From an uncultured Thiotrichaceae bacterium (GTDB taxonomy: Bacteria > Pseudomonadota > Gammaproteobacteria > SZUA-229), in the NCBI GenBank assembly GCA_964651445.1, contig CAZYYW010000002.1, forward strand, positions 66 to 64,065: a stretch of 64,000 nucleotides of DNA, given 5' to 3'. Below are positions 27,710 to 39,010 of this stretch, piece by piece; within the stretch, counting starts at the first letter, position 1; each line of letters begins with the position of its first letter. The position numbers were made by a program, and so were the translations under genes. The notes beneath the pieces are model-generated. The model worked only from the letters and a program-made list of their open reading frames with translations. It ran no database searches and was not told the origin of the DNA.

Positions 27710-28642
27710 TCACTCACTGGCTGTAAGCTTAAAAGCCTCGCGCTGTTTTTTTGTGCCGTGCAACAACACCCAATCCTCCTCAAAAATCGGCGCATCCATA
27801 TCAAAATACTGACAGTATATTTCAATCAAGGGTGTAGCCTGTTCTCTTAATATGCCCGATAAAACAATGTCACCATTCGCCTGTGTGTGCTGTGCCAATG
27901 TGGGTGCCAGTTCAGCCAACGGGCCACTGAGGATATTGGCGAGTACTAGCGGGTACTGTGTGTTTGCGTGTTGTGCAAAGTAGTCATCGACCCGATAGGT
28001 GATGATTTTGTTGTTTACCTGATTCACTTTTGCATTGCTGTGCGTGGCGAGTAAAGCCTGTGGGTCTATATCAACCGCATCAGCGTGTGCAGCGCCTAAC
28101 ATACAAGCTGCAATGGCTAAAATGCCTGAGCCACAACCATAATCCAGAACGGACGTTTGTTGCTGAATGTTTTGATCTAACCAGCGTAAACATAATGCAG
28201 TGGTGGGGTGGGTGCCAGTGCCAAAGGCAAGGCCGGGGTCGAGTCGCAGGTTGACGGCGTCTGCTTGTGGCGGTTCAATGTGTAGCGGGCATACCCATAA
28301 GCGGCTGCCAAATTGCATTTCGTGGTAGTGCTCCATCCAAGCGCGTGTCCAGTTCTGGTCTGGTAAAATTTCGCCGTGACAACTAAATTCTGTGACTGTT
28401 TGATGTTGCTTTAGGCATTGCTCTAGACTGCTCAACAAGCTTTGCTGATTGTCCTGAAAATCGAACAAACCGGTTAGGGTAACCGACTCCCAAACCGGGG
28501 TTTCGTCAGGTGCCGGTTCCAAGATAGGCTGATTAGCCGCATCGGTTAGGGTGACGGTATGTGCGCCGATGGAAAACAAACAGTCCTCCGTCGATTCGGC
28601 GTGATTTTTTGTGGTGTTAACGGCAATTTGCAACCAGTTCAT
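27710..28642 (-). CDS. prmA: ribosomal protein L11 methyltransferase
   Basis: MNWLQIAV...LDPGLAFGTGTHPTTALCLRWL...VLDYGCGSGILAIAA is the PrmA signature. Confidence 0.9.
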   Translation of the reverse strand: MNWLQIAVNTTKNHAESTEDCLFSIGAHTVTLTDAANQPILEPAPDETPVWESVTLTGLFDFQDNQQSLLSSLEQCLKQHQTVTEFSCHGEILPDQNWTRAWMEHYHEMQFGSRLWVCPLHIEPPQADAVNLRLDPGLAFGTGTHPTTALCLRWLDQNIQQQTSVLDYGCGSGILAIAACMLGAAHADAVDIDPQALLATHSNAKVNQVNNKIITYRVDDYFAQHANTQYPLVLANILSGPLAELAPTLAQHTQANGDIVLSGILREQATPLIEIYCQYFDMDAPIFEEDWVLLHGTKKQREAFKLTASE

Positions 28643-28780
28643 GGGGTTTCTACTTATAGTAATTGATGGATGATCGGTGTAGCCTAACTGATAGTTTGCA
28701 GTGCGTAATTAAAAAATTCTGCCATGATACATATAGGTATTAGGGTAAACCGTGCTGCGGAGTGATTGTTGGAGAGATTT

Positions 28781-29248
28781 ATGGATACACAGACCTATCA
28801 AAAAGCGAAGGATGCACTTAAAGTGAAGGATTATAAAGCCGCTGAACGTGCTTTTAAAACCGCATTAGAATCTATTGATGATGGTCATAAGCAGTACAGC
28901 AACGTGCTTTCATATTATGGTTTGGCGCAGGTGCTCAATTCTAACAGTAATGGTTTGTTGATGTGCCGTGACGCTGCCAGTAATGAAGTTTTTGAAGGTG
29001 AAGTGTTTTTGAATCTGGCTTGTGCAGAATGGCAAAGTGGTAATCGAAAACGCGCTGTAGATGTTATTCGCCATGGCGTGAAAATTGATGCAGACAATGA
29101 GCAATTAAATCGTGCCTGTGCAAAACTCGACTGCCGCCGAAAATGTTGTTTTGGTTTTTTACCGCGTGGTCACAAACTTAACCGCTTGGTGGGGCGCTTA
29201 TTTCGTCGCCCGAGCCCTGTCACTACGGTACATAGTCTGTTGTATTAG
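28781..29248 (+). CDS. hypothetical TPR-like protein
   Basis: MDTQTYQKAKDALKVKDYKAAERAFKTALE... has a helical-repeat character and an Arg/Cys-rich tail. The family is not recognised. Confidence 0.4.
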   Translation: MDTQTYQKAKDALKVKDYKAAERAFKTALESIDDGHKQYSNVLSYYGLAQVLNSNSNGLLMCRDAASNEVFEGEVFLNLACAEWQSGNRKRAVDVIRHGVKIDADNEQLNRACAKLDCRRKCCFGFLPRGHKLNRLVGRLFRRPSPVTTVHSLLY

Positions 29249-29374
29249 TCGCCGCCGTTTTTGTTGTCTGTCTGGTTTCTCCGTAAAGCGTTTTTTTAAA
29301 AATTGCCCTGATTATGGGTAGTAGTTACTGCTTTAAAAATGCAAATGAAGTGAAATTTGTGTAAAATCTAGCCT

Positions 29375-29750
29375 GGGAGTTGGCTAGGCAATCGCGCTGG
29401 ATAATATTCGTATTATTCGGGGAGGAAAGTCCGGGCTCCGCAGGACAGAGTGCCAGGTAATGCCTGGGGGGTGAAAGCCTACGGAAAGTGCAGCAGAAAA
29501 TAAACCGCCCAGTCTCTAAATCACTTAGTGATTTAGAGACTGGGTAAGGGTGAAATGGTGCGGTAAGAGCGCACCGCGCAACGGGTAACCGCTTGTGGCA
29601 AGGTAAACCCCACTCGGAGCAAGACCAAATAGGGGAACATAATGCGTGGTCCGCGCTGTTCCCGGGTAGGTTGCTTGAGGTGCATGGTGACATGTTACCC
29701 AGATGAATGATTGCCCACGACAGAACCCGGCTTATCGGCTGGCTCCCTCC
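29375..29750 (+). ncRNA. rnpB: RNase P RNA, bacterial type A
   Basis: Universal blocks are present: GGAGGAAAGTCCGGGCTCC, GTGCCAGGTAATGCCTGGGGGG, GGTAAGGGTGAAATGGTGCGGTAAGAGCGCACC, AGCAAGACCAAATAGGGG, AGATGAATGATTGCCCACGACAGAACCCGGCTTATCGG. P1 pairs GGGAGTTGGCT with GGCTGGCTCCC. Confidence 0.95.
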
Positions 29751-29986
29751 AAATTAAGATTATCAGTAAGGTGGAAATAACACCGGCATAACCAGAGCTT
29801 CTGGGTTTGCCATTACTGATAGTTGCCGTCTGCATATCCCTTCTATACTTAAAGTAAAACGTTAGCTTTGACAATCAAGCTAATGATTTAATAAGCATAT
29901 CCTGTATTAGTTCTTCCTGTTTTTCTTAATTACCCGCTAAGTTGCTGGCAGCTATAGATTTTTTTACATTTGATGGCAGAAAAAGG

Positions 29987-30016
29987 CTTGCATTAGGGGG
30001 GCAAAATACCTATAGT
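29987..30016 (+). promoter_or_regulatory. candidate sigma70 promoter of the dcw cluster (Pmra): TTGCAT-N18-TATAGT
   Basis: The -35-like box is at 29987-29992 and the -10-like box at 30011-30016, directly upstream of the MraZ repeats. Confidence 0.45.
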
Positions 30017-30024
30017 GTCAATAT

Positions 30025-30049
30025 GTGGGGGAAAGTGGGGAATTGTGGT
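30025..30049 (+). promoter_or_regulatory. MraZ operator: three direct GTGG(G/T) repeats with exact 10-bp periodicity
   Basis: GTGGG at 30025, GTGGG at 30035 and GTGGT at 30045. This matches the published E. coli MraZ binding architecture of GTGGG repeats with 5-nt spacers. Confidence 0.65.
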
Positions 30050-30109
30050 TTTTGTTGCTTATCTCATCCCTGTACCGGTTTGGCAAGATAAAGGAAACAA
30101 TAGCAAAAA

Positions 30110-30568
30110 ATGCACTTCCGCGGTATCAATAATATAACGCTCGACGCTAAAGGCAGAATGGCACTGCCGGCGCGTTATCGTGAGCGCCTGCTGGAAAGCT
30201 GTGGCGGCCGCCTGATTGTTACTGTTGATCAGGATCATTGTTTGCTGGTGTACCCTCTGCCTGAGTGGGAAGTCATTGAAGAAAAATTAATTAACCTGCC
30301 TAGCTTAAACAAACAGTCACGTCTATTGCAACGTTTATTAATTGGTCACGCCACTGATTTGGAAATGGACGGTCAGGGCAGGATATTGTTACCAGCAATG
30401 TTGCGTGAATATGCAGGTTTAAAGAAAAAAGCGGTTTTGATTGGCCAGGGCAAAAAACTGGAAATCTGGGACGAGGATACTTGGGCGCAGAGTCAGGAAG
30501 AATGGGTGGCGGCTGTGCAGGCTGATGAAGGCGGACTTCCGGCGGCGCTGGAAGAATTGTCACTTTAG
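30110..30568 (+). CDS. mraZ: transcriptional regulator MraZ
   Basis: 152 aa. [24 protein letters not shown] and a second SpoVT/AbrB-like repeat ([18 protein letters not shown]). Confidence 0.95.
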   Translation: MHFRGINNITLDAKGRMALPARYRERLLESCGGRLIVTVDQDHCLLVYPLPEWEVIEEKLINLPSLNKQSRLLQRLLIGHATDLEMDGQGRILLPAMLREYAGLKKKAVLIGQGKKLEIWDEDTWAQSQEEWVAAVQADEGGLPAALEELSL

Positions 30569-30575
30569 CTTAGGC

Positions 30576-31508
30576 ATGGACGAATTTAACCACCAGCCAG
30601 TGCTTTTAGATGAGGCGCTGGTGTCGCTGAATATTCGTCCATCGGGTAATTATATTGATGCAACGTTTGGTCGAGGTGGTCATAGCCGCGCCATTTTGCA
30701 GCAGTTAAATGAATCGGGAAGACTGATCGCGTTGGATCAGGATCCAGAGGCCGTCGCTTTTGCCCGTCAGGCATTTGCAGACGAGCCGCGTTTAACCATT
30801 GAACACTGTAACTTCGATCAGGTGGCAACCGTGGTTGAGGAAATTGGGCTGAGTGGAAAAATTGATGGCGTTTTAATGGACCTTGGGGTTTCATCGCCAC
30901 AGCTTGATGACGCGCAGCGCGGATTCAGTTTTTTACGTTCAGGGCCATTGGATATGCGTATGGATACGGAGCAAGGAGTAACCGCCGCGCAATGGCTGGC
31001 CAGAGTAAAACTGGCAGACCTCATAATTGTTCTCAAAAAATACGGTGAAGAAAAATTCGCCAAAAGAATTGCAACAGCAATTATAGAAATCCGTGAGCAG
31101 CGTGAAATTACGCAAACCGTCGATCTAGCTGAGATCATTTCAAATGCAATTCCTGTAAAAGAAAAACACAAACATCCTGCGACAAGAAGCTTTCAGGCGA
31201 TACGGATTTACGTGAATCAAGAATTACATTCAGTTGAACAAGGTTTGAAAGAGGCGGTTTCAGTGCTGGCAAAGGGCGGGCGTTTGTCCGTTATTAGTTT
31301 TCATTCACTGGAAGACCGAATCGTGAAACGATTTATGCGTGATCTCTCCAGCCGGCCAAAACTTCCGGCTGGACTGCCTGTTATGGAAGCGGATATAGAA
31401 GTGCCTTTTCGCCTGATAGCAAAACCTGTGGTCGCGGGCAAACAGGAACTGGCAGTTAATCCAAGAGCAAGAAGTGCGCGATTGCGCGTATTGGAGAGGC
31501 GAAAATGA
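30576..31508 (+). CDS. rsmH: 16S rRNA (cytosine1402-N4)-methyltransferase
   Basis: [10 protein letters not shown]...[12 protein letters not shown]...[10 protein letters not shown]. The start is ATG at 30576, and the track ORF is extended upstream into mraZ. Confidence 0.95.
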   Translation: MDEFNHQPVLLDEALVSLNIRPSGNYIDATFGRGGHSRAILQQLNESGRLIALDQDPEAVAFARQAFADEPRLTIEHCNFDQVATVVEEIGLSGKIDGVLMDLGVSSPQLDDAQRGFSFLRSGPLDMRMDTEQGVTAAQWLARVKLADLIIVLKKYGEEKFAKRIATAIIEIREQREITQTVDLAEIISNAIPVKEKHKHPATRSFQAIRIYVNQELHSVEQGLKEAVSVLAKGGRLSVISFHSLEDRIVKRFMRDLSSRPKLPAGLPVMEADIEVPFRLIAKPVVAGKQELAVNPRARSARLRVLERRK

Positions 31509-31783
31509 TCGAAAGACAAGGTGCATTAATAGTGGTTACGCTTATATTTAGTCTGGTTTTGGCTTCGGCAATATTGCTGGTTTACAGCAAGCATCAAAGC
31601 CGCAAACTTTTTGTTGAAGTGCAACAGCTTCGTTATGAAATGGATGCTTTGAATACCGAATGGAGTCAGTTGCAACTGGAGCAAAGTGCCTGGTCGGGAC
31701 ACGGTCGAATAGAACGAGTGGCCAGGAAACAGTTATCTATGATAATGCCAGAAGCTGGCGATGTGGTGTTTGTAAAACAGTGA
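31505..31783 (+). CDS. ftsL: cell division protein FtsL
   Basis: 92 aa, single TM plus coiled coil, at the conserved position. ATGA overlap with rsmH. Confidence 0.85.
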   Translation: MIERQGALIVVTLIFSLVLASAILLVYSKHQSRKLFVEVQQLRYEMDALNTEWSQLQLEQSAWSGHGRIERVARKQLSMIMPEAGDVVFVKQ

Positions 31784-33594
31784 AAACATACCGTCATAAT
31801 AAACCGCAAGCAAAACCGTTGGCCGCATGGCGACGTGTTTCTGTGGCTGTGGTTTTTATGATGTTCGCCACAGCCTTGTTAGCAAAAACGCTGGATATGC
31901 AGATATTACGCAGTGAGTTTTATCAGCAGCAAGGTGATGCGCGCCAGTTGCGAACGGTTGCTATCTCAGCAGTACGTGGCGATATTGTCGATAGAAATGG
32001 TGAGCCACTGGCAATCAGCGCACCGGTGCATAGTGTTTGGGTAAATCCTCAGGTTACAAAAGATCACTTGAGTGAACTAGTGCCAGTAGCAGAGCTGTTG
32101 TCACTGGACGTTAATAGTTTGAAGAAAAGAATAAAGCGCAACAGCTCGCGTGAGTTTTTATATTTAAAACGACATGCGACACCCGAGCTGGCTGAAAAAG
32201 TTAAGGCATTAAATGTGCCGGGCCTTGCCTTGTTAAATGAGTATCGCCGTTTTTATCCGGCAGGTGAGGTGGCAGCGCATGTGGTTGGTTTTTCGGATAT
32301 TGATAACAATGGACAGGAAGGCATGGAGTTGGCGTTTGACGACTGGCTGACAGGTCATACCGGAAAGAAGCGGGTAATACGTGATCGTTTAGGCCGCGCG
32401 TTTGATGATATTGAGCGTATAAAACCAGCGCGACCAGGTAAAACGTTAACATTAAGTTTGGACAAGCGCCTACAGTATTTGACCTACCGCACGTTAAAGG
32501 CGGCGGTTTTAAAACATAATGCGGTGGCGGGTTCTGCAGTGGTACTGGATGTGCGTACCGGTGAAGTGCTGGCGATGGTCAATCAACCATCATTCAATGT
32601 GAATGACAGAAGGCAGCTAAGGCCTCATGCCACAAGGAATCGTGCGGTGACCGATGTGTTTGAGCCGGGTTCAACCATGAAACCTATCACTGTCGCTGCA
32701 GCTTTGGAAAGCGGTCGCTGGAAACCATTTTATAAAGTAGAGACCGCGCCAGGTCATATGAAAATTGGCGGCAATACCATTCGTGATCATAAAAATTATG
32801 GCGACCTGGATGTCGGCGGCGTGTTGGAAAAGTCCAGTAATGTTGGTATTACAAAAATTGCATTATCGATGGACGCTGAGCAGCAATGGTCTATGTATCA
32901 GAGTCTTGGCATGGGCGCTGTTACCGGCAGTGGGTTTCCGGGTGAAGCCAGTGGTCAGCTTTCTTTGGATACATTAAACAGTGATTTTGCCCGCGCTTCT
33001 ATGGCTTTTGGTTATGGCGTATCGGTAACGCCATTGCAACTGGCGCATGCTTATTCTGCGATTGCAGCGGATGGCATTTTACGCCCGGTTAGTTTTCTAT
33101 TCGATGAAACGAAAGCAGGTAATGAAGAAGTTGAAGGTCGGCGAGTAATGTCAGTTGAAACCGCTCGTGCGTTACGAAAAATGATGCAGCGTGTGGTTTC
33201 AGATGAAGGTTCCGGCAAACGTGCGAGAGTCGCTAATTACAGTGTTGCAGGCAAAACTGGCACCGTGCATAAATATATAGCTGGTGGTTATGACCGGGAT
33301 CGTTACTTGTCGATTTTTTCCGGCATGGTGCCCGCTGACAATCCTGAATTAGTGATGGTGGTGATGATTGATGAACCTCGCAATGGTGAATACTTCGGCG
33401 GTCTGGTAGCTGCACCTGTCTTTAGTAAGGTGATGTCCGGTGCCATGCGCTTACTGGACATTGCGCCTGATCGGATTTCCAGTGAGCAATTAATGAATAC
33501 TGATGTGAAAATATCAGTACCAAGCTTGGTACCCATTCCAACTCCAACGGCTGTCGTCGATGATAATAAAACAATGACGGGCGGGCGGGCGTAA
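31780..33594 (+). CDS. ftsI: peptidoglycan D,D-transpeptidase FtsI (PBP3)
   Basis: Transpeptidase motifs STMKP, SSN and KTGT are present. The likely GTG start at 31780 overlaps the ftsL stop, since the track ORF start at 31660 lies inside ftsL. Confidence 0.9.
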   Translation: MKTYRHNKPQAKPLAAWRRVSVAVVFMMFATALLAKTLDMQILRSEFYQQQGDARQLRTVAISAVRGDIVDRNGEPLAISAPVHSVWVNPQVTKDHLSELVPVAELLSLDVNSLKKRIKRNSSREFLYLKRHATPELAEKVKALNVPGLALLNEYRRFYPAGEVAAHVVGFSDIDNNGQEGMELAFDDWLTGHTGKKRVIRDRLGRAFDDIERIKPARPGKTLTLSLDKRLQYLTYRTLKAAVLKHNAVAGSAVVLDVRTGEVLAMVNQPSFNVNDRRQLRPHATRNRAVTDVFEPGSTMKPITVAAALESGRWKPFYKVETAPGHMKIGGNTIRDHKNYGDLDVGGVLEKSSNVGITKIALSMDAEQQWSMYQSLGMGAVTGSGFPGEASGQLSLDTLNSDFARASMAFGYGVSVTPLQLAHAYSAIAADGILRPVSFLFDETKAGNEEVEGRRVMSVETARALRKMMQRVVSDEGSGKRARVANYSVAGKTGTVHKYIAGGYDRDRYLSIFSGMVPADNPELVMVVMIDEPRNGEYFGGLVAAPVFSKVMSGAMRLLDIAPDRISSEQLMNTDVKISVPSLVPIPTPTAVVDDNKTMTGGRA

Positions 33595-35174
33595 TGCAAA
33601 AACAAGCTGCACTGGATTTCTTACTGGAAGGTTTTATTGATGATGCGCTAATTGAACGTTGCCGTGAAATTACAATTAATGCGCTGGTGCAAGATAATCG
33701 CAAAGCCCGTAGTGGTGATTTATTTATCGCGCATCAGGGTTATAACACGCATGGTCTGTTATATGCGCAGGATGCTGTAGCAAAAGGTGTTAGCGTCGTG
33801 TTATGGGATGGCAATCTTGAAAATCGTGATGAGATTCTTGATTCGATTTCCAATAAAGTTTTATGTTTGCATTGTGAAAATCTCAAATTCAAAGTAGGCG
33901 CCATCGCTTCACGTTATTACGATCAGCCATCGTTATCACTGAACACAATCGGTGTTACCGGTACCGATGGCAAAACATCTATTGCACATTTTTTAGCGCA
34001 ATGTTTGGACGCTTATGATGTGCCCTGCGGCGTATTAGGGACCCTTGGTAATGGTTTCATTAATGACCTTCACCCCACGGGATTGACCACAGCAGATGCT
34101 TTACTGGTGCATAAAACGCTGGCCGATATACAGCAAGCCGGTGCCAAACATGTGGTAATGGAAGTGTCGTCACATGGGCTTGATCAGGGTCGGGTTAGCG
34201 GCGTTGCTTTTACTACGGCAGTGTTCAGTAACTTGGGTGTTGACCATCTTGACTATCATGGCACGCTGGAAAATTACGCGGCTGCGAAACGGCGTTTGTT
34301 TTATACCCCTGGGCTGAGTGCGGCAGTGCTGAATCTTGACGATGAATTTGGTCGCAAGTTGGCAGCAGAGATACGCGAGCATGTATGTGTTTGGGGTTAT
34401 AGCATGGAAAGCGATATTTCGGCATATCAGGGACTTGCTGATTATTATGTTCATGCAAAAGAAATAAAAGCTTTTGATTGTGGCTATCACCTTGAAGTGC
34501 TCACGCCAAAGGGCGAAGCCTGTTTTGATATTCCTTTGTTGGGTCGCTTTAATGCATCCAATGCATTGGCGGTGTTATCAACCTTACTGGTCAGTCAGCT
34601 CTCATTGACGCATTCAGTTAGTAGTTTGTCTGCAGTGCGTCCAGTTGATGGCCGTGTTGAAATTATTGCCGAGCCAGGAAAACCTGTGGTGGTGGTTGAT
34701 TTCGCGCATACAGAACAGGGATTGGCAGCCGTGTGTCAGTCCATGCGCGAGCATTTTAAAGGTGATGTCTGGTGCGTTTTTGGTTGCGGTGGTGACCGTG
34801 ATCGCAGTAAGCGACCGTTAATGGCAAAAGTGGCAGAAGCATATGCCGATAGAATTATCGTAACCACAGACAACCCACGCCATGAAGATCCGCAGGCTAT
34901 TATTAATGAAGTGATGACGGGCTTTGCATCACTGGACAATGTTGAAGCTGTGCTTGATCGCCGCCAGGCAATTGATATAGCGATTACCAACGCGCAGCCT
35001 GGCGATGTTGTATTACTGGCAGGCAAGGGTCATGAGACCAGCCAGATTGTTGGTGATGTGCAAATTGCGTTTGATGATCGCCGCGTGGCTCGTGAATTTT
35101 TATCTGCTAGAGCGGCGAGTCGTTCGCAGGATAAAAAGGCAGCAGGCGATAGCGGTAAGGAGTTGGACGCGTGA
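33594..35174 (+). CDS. murE: UDP-N-acetylmuramoyl-L-alanyl-D-glutamate--2,6-diaminopimelate ligase
   Basis: GVTGTDGKTS, a Mur ligase fold and the DNPR motif (TTDNPRHEDP), at the conserved position. Confidence 0.95.
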   Translation: MQKQAALDFLLEGFIDDALIERCREITINALVQDNRKARSGDLFIAHQGYNTHGLLYAQDAVAKGVSVVLWDGNLENRDEILDSISNKVLCLHCENLKFKVGAIASRYYDQPSLSLNTIGVTGTDGKTSIAHFLAQCLDAYDVPCGVLGTLGNGFINDLHPTGLTTADALLVHKTLADIQQAGAKHVVMEVSSHGLDQGRVSGVAFTTAVFSNLGVDHLDYHGTLENYAAAKRRLFYTPGLSAAVLNLDDEFGRKLAAEIREHVCVWGYSMESDISAYQGLADYYVHAKEIKAFDCGYHLEVLTPKGEACFDIPLLGRFNASNALAVLSTLLVSQLSLTHSVSSLSAVRPVDGRVEIIAEPGKPVVVVDFAHTEQGLAAVCQSMREHFKGDVWCVFGCGGDRDRSKRPLMAKVAEAYADRIIVTTDNPRHEDPQAIINEVMTGFASLDNVEAVLDRRQAIDIAITNAQPGDVVLLAGKGHETSQIVGDVQIAFDDRRVAREFLSARAASRSQDKKAAGDSGKELDA

Positions 35175-36562
35175 TCAAGTTATCGCGGTTAGCGGCAGCA
35201 CTCAATGGCAGCTTCTATGGCGATGATGTATTGCTGACAGGTGTGTCCAAAGATACCCGAGAAATTAAAGCTGGCGATCTATATGTTGCGCTAAAAGGTG
35301 AGAATTTTGATGGTCATCAATTTGTTGCCGAAGCTGGATTGTCAGGCGCAGTTGCGGCTTTAGTGAGTGAAGAGGTGCCAGTCGACGTGCCGCAGATCCA
35401 GGTTGCCGATACCCGTATAGCGTTCGGTGAATTTGCGGCTTACTGGCGTCAAATGTGGGGCACGCAACAGCCAGACAGAAAAATGATTGGCATTACCGGC
35501 AGCAATGGTAAAACTTCAGTCAAGGAAATGTGCAGTAAGATTCTAAATGATTATGTTGGCAGTGAAAAAGTACTGGCGACAATAGGTAACCTCAATAACG
35601 AAATTGGGGTGCCGATGACACTGCTGGAGTTAAAGCCGCAGCACCAGTTTTCCGTTATTGAAATGGGGGCGAATCATGTCGGCGAAATAGCCTATCTAAG
35701 CAATATTGCAAAGCCAGATGTAGCGTTGGTGAACAATGTTGGCCCGGCTCATTTAGAAGGTTTCGGTTCACTGGAAAATACGGCTAAGGCTAAAGCGGGT
35801 ATTTACGATGGATTGCCTGCCGATGGCATAGCCGTGATTAATTATGATGACGGTTTTACTGCTTATTGGATTGATTACTGCGCCGGCATGGAAACCGCTA
35901 GTTTCTCTATGCAGAATAAAAACGCCGATGTGTATGCAGCGTTAATAAAAAATAATCAGTATTTGGTTTCTGTGGCTGGGGAAAAAGTAGAATTAACACT
36001 TAAAGTACCCGGGCAACACAATGTGATGAATGCCTTAGCTGCCATCACGCTAACCTATTCACTGGGTTTGCCGGTATCAAAAATCGTGTCTTCACTGTCT
36101 GCATTTGAAAATATTCAGGGCCGGTTAGCCATTAAAAAATCAGCAGTGGGTTATCAATTGATTGATGATACTTATAACGCTAATCCGAGCTCTGTTGCGG
36201 CAGCAATTGATGTGCTGGCAAATATGTCTGGCAATAGCGTTTTGGTGCTAGGTGATATGGGCGAGCTAGGTGCCGATGCAGAAAAAATGCATGCTGAAAT
36301 AGGTGAAAAAGCAAAAGCAGCAGGCATCAGTGCGCTGTATGGCACTGGTAAGTTAACAGCGTCTACAGTGGCTGCGTTTGCTGAAAACGGCTTTCATTTC
36401 AAAGAAAAAAATGAATTAATTAAAGCATTAAATAAGAAATTAACAGCAGATGATGTTGTGTTAGTAAAAGGTTCTCGCAGTGCGGCGATGGAAAAAGTAG
36501 TTGAACGGATACTCACCCATAAAAGTAATGCCCATAAAAATAATAATAAGAGGGTGACCTAA
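35171..36562 (+). CDS. murF: UDP-N-acetylmuramoyl-tripeptide--D-alanyl-D-alanine ligase
   Basis: [14 protein letters not shown] and [13 protein letters not shown] start overlaps the murE stop. Confidence 0.95.
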   Translation: MIKLSRLAAALNGSFYGDDVLLTGVSKDTREIKAGDLYVALKGENFDGHQFVAEAGLSGAVAALVSEEVPVDVPQIQVADTRIAFGEFAAYWRQMWGTQQPDRKMIGITGSNGKTSVKEMCSKILNDYVGSEKVLATIGNLNNEIGVPMTLLELKPQHQFSVIEMGANHVGEIAYLSNIAKPDVALVNNVGPAHLEGFGSLENTAKAKAGIYDGLPADGIAVINYDDGFTAYWIDYCAGMETASFSMQNKNADVYAALIKNNQYLVSVAGEKVELTLKVPGQHNVMNALAAITLTYSLGLPVSKIVSSLSAFENIQGRLAIKKSAVGYQLIDDTYNANPSSVAAAIDVLANMSGNSVLVLGDMGELGADAEKMHAEIGEKAKAAGISALYGTGKLTASTVAAFAENGFHFKEKNELIKALNKKLTADDVVLVKGSRSAAMEKVVERILTHKSNAHKNNNKRVT

Positions 36563-37644
36563 TGTTTTTAACATTAGCGGAATATCTACAGCAATTTGAA
36601 AGCGGTTTTTCCGTATTTCAATATATTACTTTACGCGCCATTCTTGGCACCATAACCGCACTGATTTTATCCCTGGTGATCGGACCAATCATGATACGTA
36701 AACTGTCGAGTTACAAAATCGGGCAGCAAATACGTGAAGATGGTCCGCCGTCACATTTATCGAAAGCCGGTACCCCAACCATGGGTGGTGCGCTGATACT
36801 GGTTTCCATCTCTATAAGTACGCTGTTATGGGCGGATTTATCCAATGAAAAAGTATGGGTAGTGCTGTTGGTCACTTTGGCCTTTGGTCTTATTGGTGGC
36901 GTCGATGATTATCAAAAATTGATTTATGGCAATGCTAAAGGCATGCCGGCTAGAGTCAAATATTTCTGGCAAACCGTGGTCGGTTTTTCGGCAGCCTATT
37001 ATATGTATAGTAGTGCGGTCAGTCCGGTAGAAACAACCTTGATTATTCCCTTTATGAAAGATGTGATGGTGCCGATGGGCGCTGGTTTTATTTTTATGAC
37101 CTATCTGGTGATCGTCGGCAGCAGTAATGCGGTGAATTTAACAGATGGTCTAGATGGTCTGGCGATCATGCCAACCGTTATGGTTGCAGGTGCACTCGGT
37201 GTTTTTGCATATCTTTCTGGGCATATAACGTTTGCCAACTATTTGGGCATTCCACATGTTGTCGGTGTTGGTGAACTCACTATTTTCTGCGGCGCATTAG
37301 TGGGTGCAGGTCTGGGGTTTTTATGGTTTAACACTTATCCCGCAATGGTTTTTATGGGCGATGTCGGTGCTTTGGCATTGGGTGCAGCATTGGGCGTGGT
37401 CGCCGTTTATGTGCGACAGGAACTAGTGCTGGTTATTATGGGCGGGATTTTTGTCATGGAAACAGTCTCTGTGATTTTGCAGGTGGCGTCCTATAAATTA
37501 ACCGGTAAACGCATTTTTCGCATGGCACCTATCCATCACCATTTTGAATTGAAAGGTTGGCCAGAGCCGCGCGTTATCGTGCGCTTTTGGATTATTACCT
37601 TTGTGTTAGTGCTGATTGGTTTAGCTTCGCTGAAACTTAGATAG
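36562..37644 (+). CDS. mraY: phospho-N-acetylmuramoyl-pentapeptide transferase
   Basis: 360 aa and polytopic. [20 protein letters not shown] and PIHHHFE motifs. Confidence 0.95.
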   Translation: MFLTLAEYLQQFESGFSVFQYITLRAILGTITALILSLVIGPIMIRKLSSYKIGQQIREDGPPSHLSKAGTPTMGGALILVSISISTLLWADLSNEKVWVVLLVTLAFGLIGGVDDYQKLIYGNAKGMPARVKYFWQTVVGFSAAYYMYSSAVSPVETTLIIPFMKDVMVPMGAGFIFMTYLVIVGSSNAVNLTDGLDGLAIMPTVMVAGALGVFAYLSGHITFANYLGIPHVVGVGELTIFCGALVGAGLGFLWFNTYPAMVFMGDVGALALGAALGVVAVYVRQELVLVIMGGIFVMETVSVILQVASYKLTGKRIFRMAPIHHHFELKGWPEPRVIVRFWIITFVLVLIGLASLKLR

Positions 37645-37663
37645 GTATATTGGTTAACAGATA

Positions 37664-39010
37664 ATGAGTGCAATGACGATTCAACCTGAACAAGCTGTTT
37701 ATACACTGGTCGTAGGCCTGGGTAAAACCGGTTTGTCTGTGGTGCGTTATTTACGCGCTCTGGGTGAAGCTATCATTGTGGTTGATAGTCGCGATGCGCC
37801 ACCGGGTTTGAATGTATTAAAAAGTGAATACAGTGATGTAAAACTGGTAACAGGTGCTTTTGATAGCGCTTTGTTTGTCAATGCGCACCGCATCATTGTA
37901 AGCCCGGGTGTTGCCCTATCAGAGCCCGCGTTGATTGCCGCGAAAAAAAATAACATTGAAATTATTGGCGATATTGATCTGTTCGCAGACGAAGTTAAAG
38001 CCCCCGTCGTTGCTATTACCGGTTCCAATGGGAAGTCTACGGTGACCACGCTGTTGGCATTAATGGCATCACAATCAGGTTTGAAAACAGTCGCCAGTGG
38101 CAATATCGGTAGACCCGTTCTGGAATCTCTGGCTGACGACATAGAATTGTATGTGCTTGAATTGTCCAGTTTTCAGTTAGACACTTTGCACTGTTTGCCA
38201 ATGAAAGCAGCCGTGGTGCTAAATATCAGTGCCGATCATATGGATCGTTATGAGAATCTTGCGGCTTATGTCGCAAGTAAACATACGATTTATAAACATG
38301 CTGAAGTACTGGTAATAAATAAAGACGATAGCCTCGCTAATCAACGAATTCAACCATCAGAAAAAAGTCTGTATTTTACGCTGGGGATACCGGCAGAAAA
38401 TGAGTTCGGGCAGTGTGGTGATACAACCGAACATTTGTGTTTTGGAAAGAAATCATTGATCGATATCGATCAGCTAAAATTCAGGGGTCGGCACAATGTT
38501 CAAAATGCACTGGCGGCTCTGACCTTGGGTCATGCTATTGGTTTGCCTATAGATGACATGCTAAAAGCACTAAAACAATTTACTGGGCTGGCGCACCGCA
38601 CACAATATGTGGCGCAGATAAAAGGTGTCAATTGGATCAATGATTCCAAGGCAACCAATGTCGGCGCGGCCATTGCAGCACTTGTCGGGCTGCCGGGTAA
38701 ACATGTGTTGATAGCAGGTGGTGTCGCTAAAGGCGCAGATTTTTCTGAATTGGCGACGGTGGTTAAACAACATTGTCGAGCGGTGGTTCTACTGGGCCAA
38801 GATGCAGCGTTGATAAATGCAGTGATGCCTGAGGACGTGACTGTTAAGTGTGTCAATGATATGCATGCGGCGGTTGCAGCGGCGGCAGCGTTAGCGCAGC
38901 CGGATGATAATGTGCTATTGGCACCGGCTTGCGCCAGTTTTGATATGTTTAAAAGTTTTGAACAGCGCGGTGAAATATTTATTAAAGAAGTAGAGGCATT
39001 GCAGTTATGA
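37664..39010 (+). CDS. murD: UDP-N-acetylmuramoylalanine--D-glutamate ligase
   Basis: ITGSNGKSTV and NDSKATN motifs, at the conserved position. Confidence 0.95.
   Translation: MSAMTIQPEQAVYTLVVGLGKTGLSVVRYLRALGEAIIVVDSRDAPPGLNVLKSEYSDVKLVTGAFDSALFVNAHRIIVSPGVALSEPALIAAKKNNIEIIGDIDLFADEVKAPVVAITGSNGKSTVTTLLALMASQSGLKTVASGNIGRPVLESLADDIELYVLELSSFQLDTLHCLPMKAAVVLNISADHMDRYENLAAYVASKHTIYKHAEVLVINKDDSLANQRIQPSEKSLYFTLGIPAENEFGQCGDTTEHLCFGKKSLIDIDQLKFRGRHNVQNALAALTLGHAIGLPIDDMLKALKQFTGLAHRTQYVAQIKGVNWINDSKATNVGAAIAALVGLPGKHVLIAGGVAKGADFSELATVVKQHCRAVVLLGQDAALINAVMPEDVTVKCVNDMHAAVAAAAALAQPDDNVLLAPACASFDMFKSFEQRGEIFIKEVEALQL

Noticed and set aside
29325-29693. 122-aa minus-strand ORF
   Set aside because: It lies entirely antisense to the RNase P RNA gene (rnpB, 29375-29750), whose conserved blocks are unambiguous. 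The ORF is a by-product of the GC-rich structured RNA.
30441-30575. Upstream extensions of track ORFs (rsmH from 30441, ftsI from 31660, ftsA from 45642, coaE to 57968, pilB to 61804, lpxC from 48433, fabV to 13476)
   Set aside because: The extensions overlap the preceding conserved gene or add residues absent from homologues. Internal starts that abut or overlap the upstream stop fit the compact operon structure better.
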